From Armatimonadota bacterium (GTDB lineage Bacteria; Sysuimicrobiota; Sysuimicrobiia; Sysuimicrobiales; Humicultoraceae), in assembly GCA_037443565.1 (NCBI GenBank), contig JBBIOB010000006.1, positions 4,300-68,299 on the forward strand: DNA of 64,000 nucleotides. Reading direction: 5' to 3'. This document shows, in pieces, positions 55,493 to 64,000 of the stretch (the stretch's first letter is position 1; every line of letters begins with the position of its first letter). Below the pieces are notes generated by a model. That model was not told where the DNA came from and did no database searches. It saw only the letters and a program-made list of their open reading frames with translations. Made by a program: the position numbers and the translations under genes.

Positions 55493-56043
55493 CTATCGCG
55501 CCTTCCGAGACCCGGCCGCCCTCCGGGCCGCCGTCCGCCTACCCCGCCGCCGCGGCGTGGCCGGCCGGGACTCCGCACCCCTGACTGTGAACACCGGGAT
55601 CGGGCTCATCCGGACCACGTGCTCGGCGACGCTCCCGAAGAGCACCCGCGCCAGGCCGGTTCGGCCGTGCGTGCCCATCACGATGAGGTCGGCCCCTTCG
55701 GCCTCGGCCACATCCAGGATGGCCGCGCGCGGCGAGCCTTCGCGGATAAGGGTCCGAACGTGCGGGTGCGCCGCCTTCACCCGTGCCATCTGCGCTTTGG
55801 CTTCGTCGCGCATGTGCGTGAACATCTCGCTGGTGGCCGGGGATAGCGTCATCTCCGGAGAGTACCCCGCCAGCGACAGCGTCGCCAGATCGACGACGTG
55901 GAGCACGAGGATCTCGGCCCCAACGCCTCGCCCATCATGGTGGCCCACCGGAGCGCGGCATCGGCGCCGGGTGAAAAATCTGTGGGCACGAGAATGCGGT
56001 TGACGGTCTGTCCGCGGCGCGCCGGGGTCGTCTGCCGTGTCAT
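55493..56043 (-). pseudogene. Universal stress protein (UspA family) with a 1-nt frameshift in a G-run
   Basis: The N-terminus MTRQTTP...ILVPTDFSPGADAALRWATMMGEALG is in one frame, and AEILVLHVVDLATLS...LIVMGTHGRTGLARVLFGSVAEHVVRMSPIPVFTV in the adjacent frame. The junction is ttggggccgag, which would be ttgggggccgag if intact. Confidence 0.6.
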
Positions 56044-56328
56044 CCTCCATCACCTCGCTGTCGACATGCCGATGCTGATGCTATCATCAAGGGCGTTGAT
56101 CGGGCAGCCCGACTGGCCGCGTGATCCCCGAAGCGCTACATGCCGATGACCGACCCGCGCCCACCCGACCCCCCCTCCTCCCGCGACCGCGGCGAGCGCA
56201 TCCAGTGGGCCGGGAGATTCATCGGTCCTCTGCTGGCGTTCGTCGCGTACCTGCTGTTGTCCCTCTCGGCAATTGAGCCCGCGGCGCGCGCCACCCGGCG
56301 ATCGGCATCCTGATGGGCCATCCTGTGG

Positions 56329-57681
56329 ATGACCCAGGCGCTGCCGCTACTGGCGACGTCGCTCTTGCCGGTCGTGCTGTTTCCGGCCGCGGGCATCATG
56401 CCCATCCACGACGCCGCGGCGCCGTACGCCCACGAGTTCATCTTCCTGTTCATGGGCGGCTTCATGGTCGCCCAGGCGATGGAGCGCTGGAACCTGCACC
56501 GGCGGGTGGCGCTGCGCGTGATGCTGGTCGTTGGCACCTCGCCCGTCCGGCTGGTCGGCGGCGCGATGCTGGCGTCGGCGTTGCTGAGCATGTGGATCAG
56601 CAACACGGCCACGGCCGTGATGATGCTGCCCGTGGCGGTCAGCATCATCCGGCTGGTCGAGCAGCGCGTCGAGGGCGCCGGCGGTCACCATCGGGACGTG
56701 GAGCATTTCAGCGCCGGCCTGCTGCTCGGCGTCGCCTACGGGTGCAGCATCGGCGGCCTTGCCACCCTGATCGGCACGCCGCCGAACCTCTTCCTGGCCG
56801 GGTTCCTGAAGACATCGTACGGTGTCGACCTGGGCTTCGGCCGGTGGATGCTGATCGGCCTGCCGCTGACGATGCTCCTCTTGCCGATCACCTGGCTCAC
56901 GCTCACCGGGGTGACCTTTCCGGTGCGTCTTCGCGAGGTCCCGGGCGGACAAGAGTTGGTCCGGAACGAAGCGGGAGGGCTCGGCCCGCTCTCGCGCGGC
57001 GAACGCATCGTGCTCGCGGTGTTCCTGGCCATGGCTCTGGCGTGGATGGCACGTGAGCCTCTGGCGGGGTGGGCCTGGCTCGTGATCCGCCTCCCCCTGG
57101 TCACACGGGTGAGCGATGCCAGCATCGCGATCGCCGCGGCGCTGCTGCTCTTTGCGACGCCCGTGGATCGCAGGCAGGGCATCTTCGCGCTGCACTGGGA
57201 GACGGCGGTCCGCCTGCCCTGGGGCGTCCTGCTCCTCTTCGGTGGCGGATTGAGCCTGGCGGCGGCCGTGCGCGGCACCGGGCTCGACACCTGGATCAGC
57301 GGCCAGGTGACCGCGGCGGCCGGGCTGCCGATTGCGGGACTGGTCGCGGTCGTGGTGGCGATGATCGTGTTCCTCACCGAACTCACCAGCAACACGGCCA
57401 CGGCAGCGACGTTCCTGCCCGTACTCTCCGGCGTAGCCTCGGGCGTCAGCGTGGATCCCGTCGTGCTCGTCGTGCCGGCGGCGATCGCGGCGAGCTGCGC
57501 CTTCATGATGCCGGTGGCCACGCCGCCCAACGCGATCGTCTTCGGCTCGGGCCGCGTGACGATCGGCCAGATGGTGCGGGCGGGGATCCTGCTCAACCTG
57601 ATCAGCATTGCCCTGATCAGCCTCTTTGCCTTTGCGGTGGTCGTGCCCGTCATGGCGCCGATCTGGCCCGGGGGAAGGTAA
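56329..57681 (+). CDS. DASS/SLC13-family anion:Na+ symporter; upstream in-frame N-terminal segment interrupted by TGA
   Basis: Typical DASS TMs. The ORF 56140..56313 in the same frame encodes a hydrophobic N-terminal-like segment and ends at TGA 56311-56313, 15 nt before the ATG. Confidence 0.7.
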   Translation: MTQALPLLATSLLPVVLFPAAGIMPIHDAAAPYAHEFIFLFMGGFMVAQAMERWNLHRRVALRVMLVVGTSPVRLVGGAMLASALLSMWISNTATAVMMLPVAVSIIRLVEQRVEGAGGHHRDVEHFSAGLLLGVAYGCSIGGLATLIGTPPNLFLAGFLKTSYGVDLGFGRWMLIGLPLTMLLLPITWLTLTGVTFPVRLREVPGGQELVRNEAGGLGPLSRGERIVLAVFLAMALAWMAREPLAGWAWLVIRLPLVTRVSDASIAIAAALLLFATPVDRRQGIFALHWETAVRLPWGVLLLFGGGLSLAAAVRGTGLDTWISGQVTAAAGLPIAGLVAVVVAMIVFLTELTSNTATAATFLPVLSGVASGVSVDPVVLVVPAAIAASCAFMMPVATPPNAIVFGSGRVTIGQMVRAGILLNLISIALISLFAFAVVVPVMAPIWPGGR

Positions 57682-57685
57682 CATG

Positions 57686-57712
57686 TTCGCAGCCGTGTGG
57701 GCGTGGTAGAAT
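57686..57712 (+). promoter_or_regulatory. Sigma-70-like promoter candidate (TTCGCA-N15-TGgTAGAAT)
   Basis: This is the AT-rich patch in a 267-bp intergenic region. An extended -10 TGnTAGAAT is present, about 235 nt upstream of the SBP start. Confidence 0.35.
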
Positions 57713-57947
57713 GAAGAAAAACGCATACTCACGCCGCCAAATCCCCGCAACCGCGGGGAACGGGGGAACCAGGATAGAGGGGGCGCATCTCGCGATCGCG
57801 CGAGTAGGGTATCTCTCGACCCGAGCCCGTCAGCTAACTCCGTAGGCGCCGAGAGAGGGTGTCGGGATGATCTGCGGCCCGGAGGCCTTCTCCGGGCCGA
57901 TCTGTTTGACAGCGGGACCGAGGCGATCCGAAAAGGAGGGAGTCGGC

Positions 57948-59300
57948 ATGAAGCGTGACGGCGACACGCTCAGAGAGATCGGCCGTGGGATCATCACCTG
58001 GCTGGTGATCGCGGCGCTGGTCGTGGTGGCCGCAGGCGGCGCGCTCTACCTCACGCGCCGGCCGGCGGCGGTGCAGCCTGAACCGGCGCCGCAGCAGATC
58101 GGCGGTGCGGTCTCGGTTCTCGGCGTCTGGGGCGGCGGCGAGCTCGAGAGCTTCAACGCCATGGTCCAGCCATTCGAGGAACGGACCGGGACTCAGGTGC
58201 AATTCGAAGGCACACGAGACCTGAACGCCGTCCTCACCGCGCGCGTCGAAGGCGGCAACCCGCCCGACGTCGCGATCCTCCCGGGCCCCGGCCAGATGGC
58301 CGAGCTCGCGCGCGCGGGCCGGCTGGTCCCACTCGACGACGTGCTCGACCTGACCGCGATGCATGAGCAGTACGCCCAGAGCTGGATCGAGCTCGCTACG
58401 GTCGACGGTAGGGTCTACGGGGTCTTCGTGAAGGCGGCGCTCAAGGGCCTGATCTGGTACAATCCCAGGGCGTTCCAGGCCGCCGGATACACCGTCCCGG
58501 CCACCTGGGATGAGCTGATGGCCCTGACCGAGCGGATTGCCGCCGCCGGCAAGACGCCGTGGTGCATCGGGCTGGAGAGCGGCGCGGCCAGCGGCTGGCC
58601 GGCCACGGACTGGATCGAGAACATCCTGCTGCGCGATGCCGGCGCAGAAGTCTACGACCGGTGGTACCGGCACGAAATCCCCTGGACTGATCCTGCAGTC
58701 CGTAGAGCCTGGGGGCTGTTCGGAAGCATCGCGACCAACCCCAGGTTCGTCTACGGCGGCGTGCAGGGCGTGCTCGCGACGAACTTCGGCGAGTCGCCGT
58801 TCCCGCTCTTCACGGACCCGCCGGGATGCTACCTGCACCACCAGGCGACGTTCATCCAGGACTTCATCCAGCGCCAGTACCCCACCGTGAGGCCGGGCGA
58901 GGACTTCGACTTCTTCGCGTTTCCGCCGATCAATCCGGCACTACCCCCGTCTGTCGAAATCGCGGGCGACCTGATCGGGATGTTCCGTGATACCCCGCAG
59001 GCGCGGGCACTGATGGCGTACCTGACGACGCCCGAGGCGCAGGCGATCTGGGTACGCCGCGGTGGGGCGCTGTCGCCAAACCGGCGCGTGAGCCTGGACG
59101 AGTATCCCGATCCGCTGAGCCGGCGGGGCGCCGAGATCCTCACGATGGCCGAGATCGCGCGGTTCGACGCCTCGGACCTCATGCCCGAGGCGGCCAACGC
59201 GGCCTTCTGGAGAGGCACGCTAGACTACGTCCAGAACCCGGCGCGACTCGACGCCATTCTCGAAAACATCGAGCGCGTCGCACGAGAGACCCGGAGGTAG
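57948..59300 (+). CDS. Sugar ABC transporter substrate-binding protein
   Basis: RBS aaaggaggg; signal-anchor (ITWLVIAALVVVAAGG); family-1 SBP. Confidence 0.75.
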   Translation: MKRDGDTLREIGRGIITWLVIAALVVVAAGGALYLTRRPAAVQPEPAPQQIGGAVSVLGVWGGGELESFNAMVQPFEERTGTQVQFEGTRDLNAVLTARVEGGNPPDVAILPGPGQMAELARAGRLVPLDDVLDLTAMHEQYAQSWIELATVDGRVYGVFVKAALKGLIWYNPRAFQAAGYTVPATWDELMALTERIAAAGKTPWCIGLESGAASGWPATDWIENILLRDAGAEVYDRWYRHEIPWTDPAVRRAWGLFGSIATNPRFVYGGVQGVLATNFGESPFPLFTDPPGCYLHHQATFIQDFIQRQYPTVRPGEDFDFFAFPPINPALPPSVEIAGDLIGMFRDTPQARALMAYLTTPEAQAIWVRRGGALSPNRRVSLDEYPDPLSRRGAEILTMAEIARFDASDLMPEAANAAFWRGTLDYVQNPARLDAILENIERVARETRR

Positions 59301-59307
59301 CTCAGCC

Positions 59308-59481
59308 ATGAGAGACCCGAAGATCTTCATCGTCAACCTCAGCCTGACGCAGACGCCGCCCGTGCTTCCTGACGACGACTGCTCCGAAGAAGCGATCCGA
59401 AGACTCATCGAGTCGCGGCTCGCGGGTTCGGACGTGCAGGTGGGCCGCATCAGCGTGTTTCGTGGTGTGGACGCCGAGTAG
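59308..59481 (+). CDS. Small hypothetical protein (57 aa)
   Basis: RBS ggagg 10 nt upstream; MRDPKIFIVNLSLTQTPPVLPDDDCSEEAIRRLIESRLAGSDVQVGRISVFRGVDAE; GC3-rich. Not in the ORF track, presumably because it is under 60 aa. Confidence 0.3.
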   Translation: MRDPKIFIVNLSLTQTPPVLPDDDCSEEAIRRLIESRLAGSDVQVGRISVFRGVDAE

Positions 59482-59488
59482 GACGGGG

Positions 59489-60379
59489 TCAGCCTTTGAC
59501 CGCCCCGGCCAGGATCCCGCGGACGAAGTACTGCTGCAGCGCCACGAAGACCGCCAGCGGCAGCAGCATCGAGACGAGCGCGGCCGCGGTGAGCAACTGC
59601 CAGTTGCCGCCCAGCGAGTTCACCAGGTTGCTCACCGTGACGGTCAGCGGTGCCACGCTGGGCGTCCCGCCGACGAAGACGAGCGCGACCAGCAAGTCGT
59701 TCCACACCCACAGGAACTGGAAGATCGCCAGCGACGCCACGGCCGGAATCGAGAGTGGCAGGATCAGCCGGAAGAACACGGTGAGCGGGCCCGCGCCGTC
59801 CAGGTGGGCGGATTCGAGGAGATCCCGCGGCAGCGATCCGATGAAGTTGCGCAGCAGGTAGATGGCCAGCGGCAGCCCGTACGCGGTGTGCGCGAGCCAG
59901 GCGGCGGGAAACGTGCCGACCAGGCCTGCCGATGCAAAGAGCCGCAGCACTGGGATCAGGGTCATCTGCAGCGGGATCACCAGCGCGCCTACCACCAGGG
60001 CAAACAGCGCGTCCCGGCCGGGAAACCGCATCCACGCGAACGCGTACGCGGCATACGCGCCGAGGAGCACCGGGATGACCGTGGCCGGGACGGTGATGGC
60101 CAAGCTGTTGAGGAAGCTGCGGCCCAGGTTGTAGGTGGTCAATACTTGATGGAAGTTCTCGAGGGTGAGCGCGAACGGTGGCATCGCCGCATTCCACCAC
60201 CCGGAGATCGTCACGAGACGCGACGGCCGGAAGGCGCTGACGATCAGGCCCAGCGCGGGCGTCAGCCAGAGCGCGGTGACCGCGAGCACCACCGCATGCA
60301 GTGGGATCCGGCCTGCCGTCGTGATCAGGCGGTCCCAGGCGGTCCAGGACCGCGCGGCCGCGGGGCGCGACGTGCTCAT
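59489..60379 (-). CDS. Sugar ABC permease (MalG-like)
   Basis: MSTSRPAAARSWTAWDR...; EAA loop (ESAHLDGAGPLTVFFRLILPL). Confidence 0.8.
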   Translation of the reverse strand: MSTSRPAAARSWTAWDRLITTAGRIPLHAVVLAVTALWLTPALGLIVSAFRPSRLVTISGWWNAAMPPFALTLENFHQVLTTYNLGRSFLNSLAITVPATVIPVLLGAYAAYAFAWMRFPGRDALFALVVGALVIPLQMTLIPVLRLFASAGLVGTFPAAWLAHTAYGLPLAIYLLRNFIGSLPRDLLESAHLDGAGPLTVFFRLILPLSIPAVASLAIFQFLWVWNDLLVALVFVGGTPSVAPLTVTVSNLVNSLGGNWQLLTAAALVSMLLPLAVFVALQQYFVRGILAGAVKG

Positions 60380-61269
60380 CGGAGCGCCTCCTGCCGCCGG
60401 AACCATCGGATGTTCGCCGCCATGACCGGGATCGTCGCGGCGAACAGGATCACCGCGATGGCGCCCGCGCGGCCGAAGTCACGGAAGGTGAACATCTCCT
60501 TGTACATGCGGTTGGCGATGACCTCGGTGTTGAAGTTGCCGTTGGTCATCACGTACACGATGTCGAACGCCTTGAGGGAGAAGATGACCATGGTCGTGGC
60601 GACGACGGTGATGGTCGGCCCCAGCATCGGCACGATGACCGTCCAGAAGAGACGCCACTCGCTTGCGCCGTCTACCCGGGCCGCCTCCAGGATCTCGGAG
60701 GGGATGGCCTTGAGCGCCGCGGACAGGATGACCAGGCAGAACCCCACCCACACCCAAACGGCGACCATGATGAGCGCCAGGTTGTTGGCCACCGGATGAA
60801 CAAGCCACGCGACGGGTTCGAAGCCCGGAATCACCCGTACCAGCAGCGCGTTGGCGAGGCCGATCTGCGGCGCGCCCGCCGGCCGGAACTCATAGACGAA
60901 CTTCCAGATGACACCGGCCGCCACGAACGAGACTGCCATCGGCAGGAACATGACGGTCTTGACCACCGACTCGTAGCGGACGCGGTCGGCCAGGACGGCC
61001 ATCGCCAGGCCGAGGCCGACGGTGACGGTCGTGAACGCGGTCAGCCAGAGCAGGTTGTTGCGGAAGGCGATCCGCATGTCGGTGTTGGTCAGCGCGAACA
61101 GATAGTTCTCCAGCCCGACGAATCTGTCGGAGCGCGGCCCCAGGACGCTCAACCAGATCGTGCCCGCCGCGGGATAGATCAAGAAGGCGCCCAGGAAAAG
61201 CAGCGCGGGCGCCAGCCAGAGCCACGGCCGGAGGACCCGCTGCGGCACCGGGCCCAGGCGTCCGAGCAT
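60376..61269 (-). CDS. Sugar ABC permease (MalF-like)
   Basis: EAARVDGASEWRLFWTVIVPMLGP; ATG at 61269. An upstream GTG at 61350 would add an extra N-terminal TM. Confidence 0.7.
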   Translation of the reverse strand: MLGRLGPVPQRVLRPWLWLAPALLFLGAFLIYPAAGTIWLSVLGPRSDRFVGLENYLFALTNTDMRIAFRNNLLWLTAFTTVTVGLGLAMAVLADRVRYESVVKTVMFLPMAVSFVAAGVIWKFVYEFRPAGAPQIGLANALLVRVIPGFEPVAWLVHPVANNLALIMVAVWVWVGFCLVILSAALKAIPSEILEAARVDGASEWRLFWTVIVPMLGPTITVVATTMVIFSLKAFDIVYVMTNGNFNTEVIANRMYKEMFTFRDFGRAGAIAVILFAATIPVMAANIRWFRRQEALR

Positions 61270-61357
61270 CGCCTCAACAAGCACCACGTAGCCGACCTGA
61301 ACCGCCGGCACGCCGACGACCGCGACCAGCAGCAGCGCGAACGCGCCCACGGGCTGC

Positions 61358-61867
61358 CTACCGCACGCGCCAGTAGACGATGAACGCGGCCAGGCCCGCA
61401 AAGAAGATGAAGAACGGACGCCGCTCCAGCAGCACCAGCAGCTCCCGCCAGTCCAGAGGGACGCCGGCAAACGCCGCCGCGAGCACCTGCGGGGCCAGCA
61501 GGATGGCGCCGATGCCGAACGACGCGGCGGCGGCGAGGGCCAGCGTCTGGCCTCGCTTCCCGCCCGCGGCGCGGCTCGCGGCCTCGGCGGCGAGCGCGCC
61601 GGCCACCGGCGCCAGGAGGACGAGCAGCAGGCCGAAGCGGATCGCCAGCGCGAGGGCGCCGGTGGCGGCGCCCGCGACCACGCTGACCGTCATCGCCAGC
61701 GCCAGCCGCTCCGGGGACACCCGGAAGACCGCGGGAACCGGCGAGCGGGCACAGTCCGGGCACTTCATCCCCACCGGTGTCTCGACCATGCAGTCAGGAC
61801 AGATGGGCGTGCCGCATGTGACGCAGGTGAGGAGCGTGTCGACTCTGGGATGGCGCGCGCACTTCAT
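61358..61867 (-). CDS. Zinc-ribbon membrane protein
   Basis: MKCARHPRVDTLLTCVTCGTPICPDCMVETPVGMKCPDCARSP followed by three or four TMs. Sits immediately upstream of the permease genes on the same strand. Confidence 0.5.
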   Translation of the reverse strand: MKCARHPRVDTLLTCVTCGTPICPDCMVETPVGMKCPDCARSPVPAVFRVSPERLALAMTVSVVAGAATGALALAIRFGLLLVLLAPVAGALAAEAASRAAGGKRGQTLALAAAASFGIGAILLAPQVLAAAFAGVPLDWRELLVLLERRPFFIFFAGLAAFIVYWRVR

Positions 61868-61995
61868 CCTCTCCCTCCCCGCACGGCGTGGTAGCTCCAG
61901 AATGACAACCGGCGGCGCGTGGCGCAAGCGATCACGCCGTAGGAGAAATTCGACTGGCGTGCGAAGATACAACCTCCGGTCCAGCGGGGACATCC

Positions 61996-64000
61996 ATGAA
62001 TACAGGTGATGCGGTGATCCGGGAAGAGCGCGAGACGAGACCCAAGACCGACCTGCTGACGCCCGGGCGACGGCGCGTCGTCATCGAGCAGATGACGCCC
62101 CAGGTGGATTGCGGACGGTTCCCCATCAAGCGCACCGCCGGAGAGACGGTCGTCGTGGAGGCGGACGTCTTCGCCGACGGGCACGACATGCTGTCGGCCG
62201 TGCTCCTCTACCGCCGGGAGGACGCCGACGGCTGGATGGAAACCGACATGGCGCAACTCGCCAACGACCGATGGCGCGGGGCGTTCACGGTGCCGGAGGC
62301 CGGTCGGTACGCGTACACGGTGCGGGCGTGGGTCGATCCATTCAAGACATGGGCCCGAGATCTGGGCCGGCGCGTGGAGGCCGGTCAGGAGGTGTCGGTG
62401 GATCTGCAGATCGGCGCCGACCTGGTGCAGGCGGCGGCAGAACGCGCGGCATCGGCCGCCGACCCGGCGGATGCCGACGAGACGCAGGACCCCCGGGTGT
62501 CCCGTGACGCCGGATCGGATGCCGCCGCGCTGCGCGCGGCGGCGACACGCATCCGTCAGGGCGGCCCGGATGGCATTGCACAGGCCAGGTCGCCACACCT
62601 GGCGGCGCTGATGCACCGCTACGCCGAGCGCGGGCACGCCTCCACACACCGGCCCGACCTGTGGGTGGTGGTCGACCGGGAACGGGCGCGCTTTGGCGCC
62701 TGGTACGAGCTGTTTCCGAGGTCGTGCGCGCCCGAACCCGGACGGTACGGCACCCTGCGCGACTGCGCGGCCCGGCTGTCCTATATCGCTTCGATGGGCT
62801 TCGACGTCGTGTATCTGCCGCCGATCCACCCGATCGGCCGCGTCCACCGCAAGGGCCGCAACAACAACCCGGCCGGCGGATCCGAGGACCCGGGAAGCCC
62901 CTGGGGCATCGGCGCCGAGGAGGGCGGACACAAGGCGATCCATCCGGCGCTGGGCACACTCGACGACTTCCGACAGCTCGTGTCCTCCACCCGCGAGCAC
63001 GGCATGGAGATCGCGCTCGATCTCGCCTATCAGTGCGCTCCTGACCACCCCTACGTGCGGGAGCACCCTGAGTGGTTTCGACGGCGGCCCGATGGCCGCG
63101 TCCAGTACGCCGAGAACCCGCCGAAGAAATACGAGGACATCTACCCCTTCGACTTCGAAACTGAGCGGTGGCAGGAGCTCTGGCGAGAACTGAAGAGTGT
63201 GGTCGACTTCTGGGTCGAGCAGGGGGTCCGGATCTTCAGGGTAGACAACCCGCACACGAAGCCATTTGCCTTCTGGGAGTGGCTCATCGCTGAGGTCAAG
63301 CGCGAACATCCCGATGTGCTGTTCCTGTCGGAGGCGTTCACGCGTCCGAAGGTCATGTACCGGCTGGCCAAGCTCGGCTTCACCCAGTCGTACACGTACT
63401 TCGCCTGGCGCAACACGAAGTGGGAGCTTACCCAGTATCTCACCGAGATCACCCGGCCCCCGATCTCCGACTTCTTCCGACCAAACCTGTGGCCGAACAC
63501 GCCCGACATTTTGACGGAGTACCTGCAGACAGGCGGGCGGCCCGCGTTTGCGGCGCGCCTGGTCCTGGCCGCCACGCTGGGAGCCAGCTACGGGATCTAC
63601 GGGCCGGCGTTCGAACTGTGCGAGCGCATGCCACGCGAGCCCGGCAGCGAGGAGTACCTGGACTCCGAGAAATACGAAGTCCGGCACTGGGACCTCGAAC
63701 GGCCCGACAGCCTGCGGCCGCTCATCACGCTGGTCAACCGGATCCGCCGCGAGCACCCGGCGCTCCAGAGCGACCGCAATCTGCTGTTCCACCCCACCGA
63801 CAACGAGTACCTCATCGCCTACAGCAAACACACCGACGATCTCTCCAGCGTCGTGTTGGTCGTGGTGAACCTCGACCCCCACCACACGCAGTTCGGGTGG
63901 GTGGACGTGCAGCTCGAGCCGCTGAGCCTGGACGCCCAGGAGCCGTACCAGGTCCATGACCTGCTCGGCGACGCGCGCTATCTCTGGCATGGATCGCGCA
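61996..64000 (+). CDS. glgE: Alpha-1,4-glucan:maltose-1-phosphate maltosyltransferase, 5' portion (runs off the window)
   Basis: MNTGDAVIREERETRPKTDLLTPGRRRVVIEQMTPQVDCGRFPIKRTAGE is the characteristic GlgE N-terminus. GH13 catalytic region (FRVDNPHTKP; LFLSEAFT). The frame has no stop inside the window. Confidence 0.85.
   Translation, partial: MNTGDAVIREERETRPKTDLLTPGRRRVVIEQMTPQVDCGRFPIKRTAGETVVVEADVFADGHDMLSAVLLYRREDADGWMETDMAQLANDRWRGAFTVPEAGRYAYTVRAWVDPFKTWARDLGRRVEAGQEVSVDLQIGADLVQAAAERAASAADPADADETQDPRVSRDAGSDAAALRAAATRIRQGGPDGIAQARSPHLAALMHRYAERGHASTHRPDLWVVVDRERARFGAWYELFPRSCAPEPGRYGTLRDCAARLSYIASMGFDVVYLPPIHPIGRVHRKGRNNNPAGGSEDPGSPWGIGAEEGGHKAIHPALGTLDDFRQLVSSTREHGMEIALDLAYQCAPDHPYVREHPEWFRRRPDGRVQYAENPPKKYEDIYPFDFETERWQELWRELKSVVDFWVEQGVRIFRVDNPHTKPFAFWEWLIAEVKREHPDVLFLSEAFTRPKVMYRLAKLGFTQSYTYFAWRNTKWELTQYLTEITRPPISDFFRPNLWPNTPDILTEYLQTGGRPAFAARLVLAATLGASYGIYGPAFELCERMPREPGSEEYLDSEKYEVRHWDLERPDSLRPLITLVNRIRREHPALQSDRNLLFHPTDNEYLIAYSKHTDDLSSVVLVVVNLDPHHTQFGWVDVQLEPLSLDAQEPYQVHDLLGDARYLWHGSR

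Noticed and set aside
56311-56313. Possible TGA recoding (selenocysteine or readthrough) in the DASS transporter
   Set aside because: No SECIS-like hairpin is evident. The neighbouring Usp gene carries a simple homopolymer frameshift, so sequence error or pseudogenisation is a simpler explanation.
61864-63990. 708-aa minus-strand ORF
   Set aside because: It is the antisense shadow of glgE, whose plus-strand frame gives an unmistakable GlgE N-terminus and GH13 motifs but has no stop in the window, which is why it is absent from the ORF track.
1-64000. CRISPR arrays, transposases, integrases, toxin-antitoxin or restriction-modification genes
   Set aside because: None found by eye. The only mobile-element-like signal is the tRNA-Gly 3'-half direct repeat, reported as a finding.

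Overview
This is a densely coding, very GC-rich (about 70%) bacterial chromosomal segment. Many genes start with GTG or overlap their neighbour by 4 bp (ATGA/GTGA), which fits an actinobacterial or Chloroflexi/Thermomicrobia-like organism. Most of the window is carbohydrate uptake and central metabolism, covering five ABC systems. Four are CUT1-type sugar ABC systems at 960-6510, 19826-25930 (minus strand), 49607-55032 and 57948-61867; the fifth is a NitT/TauT-type ABC system at 46986-49583. Other recognisable content: a DtxR-FeoA-FeoA regulator with FeoB; QueG; a four-subunit 2-oxoacid:ferredoxin oxidoreductase; a TctCBA tricarboxylate transporter operon carrying an orphan iolB; carAB; P5C dehydrogenase; the 5' part of glgE; and two tRNAs, Gly(CCC) and Ser(TGA). 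I found no CRISPR array, transposase, integrase or recognisable defence system. The signals I rate highest are: (1) a tandem pair of MalK-like ATPases whose motifs predict one consensus and one degenerate ATP site, in an importer; (2) a 52-nt perfect direct repeat of the tRNA-Gly 3' half only 37 bp from the intact tRNA; (3) a sugar-transporter operon with DUF4127, an esterase and a MOSC protein, in which one permease has no canonical start codon; (4) a translationally coupled TIM-barrel (DUF556-like?) protein and GHMP-kinase pair; (5) a TctCBA-iolB-HAD-MBL operon; (6) an ABC importer ending in a GH63-like hydrolase; (7) several palindromic regulatory candidates; and (8) two disrupted genes close together, a universal stress protein and a DASS transporter. 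All calls come from reading the sequence and the ORF translations by eye; no searches were run. Every family assignment therefore rests on recognised motifs and is a hypothesis.
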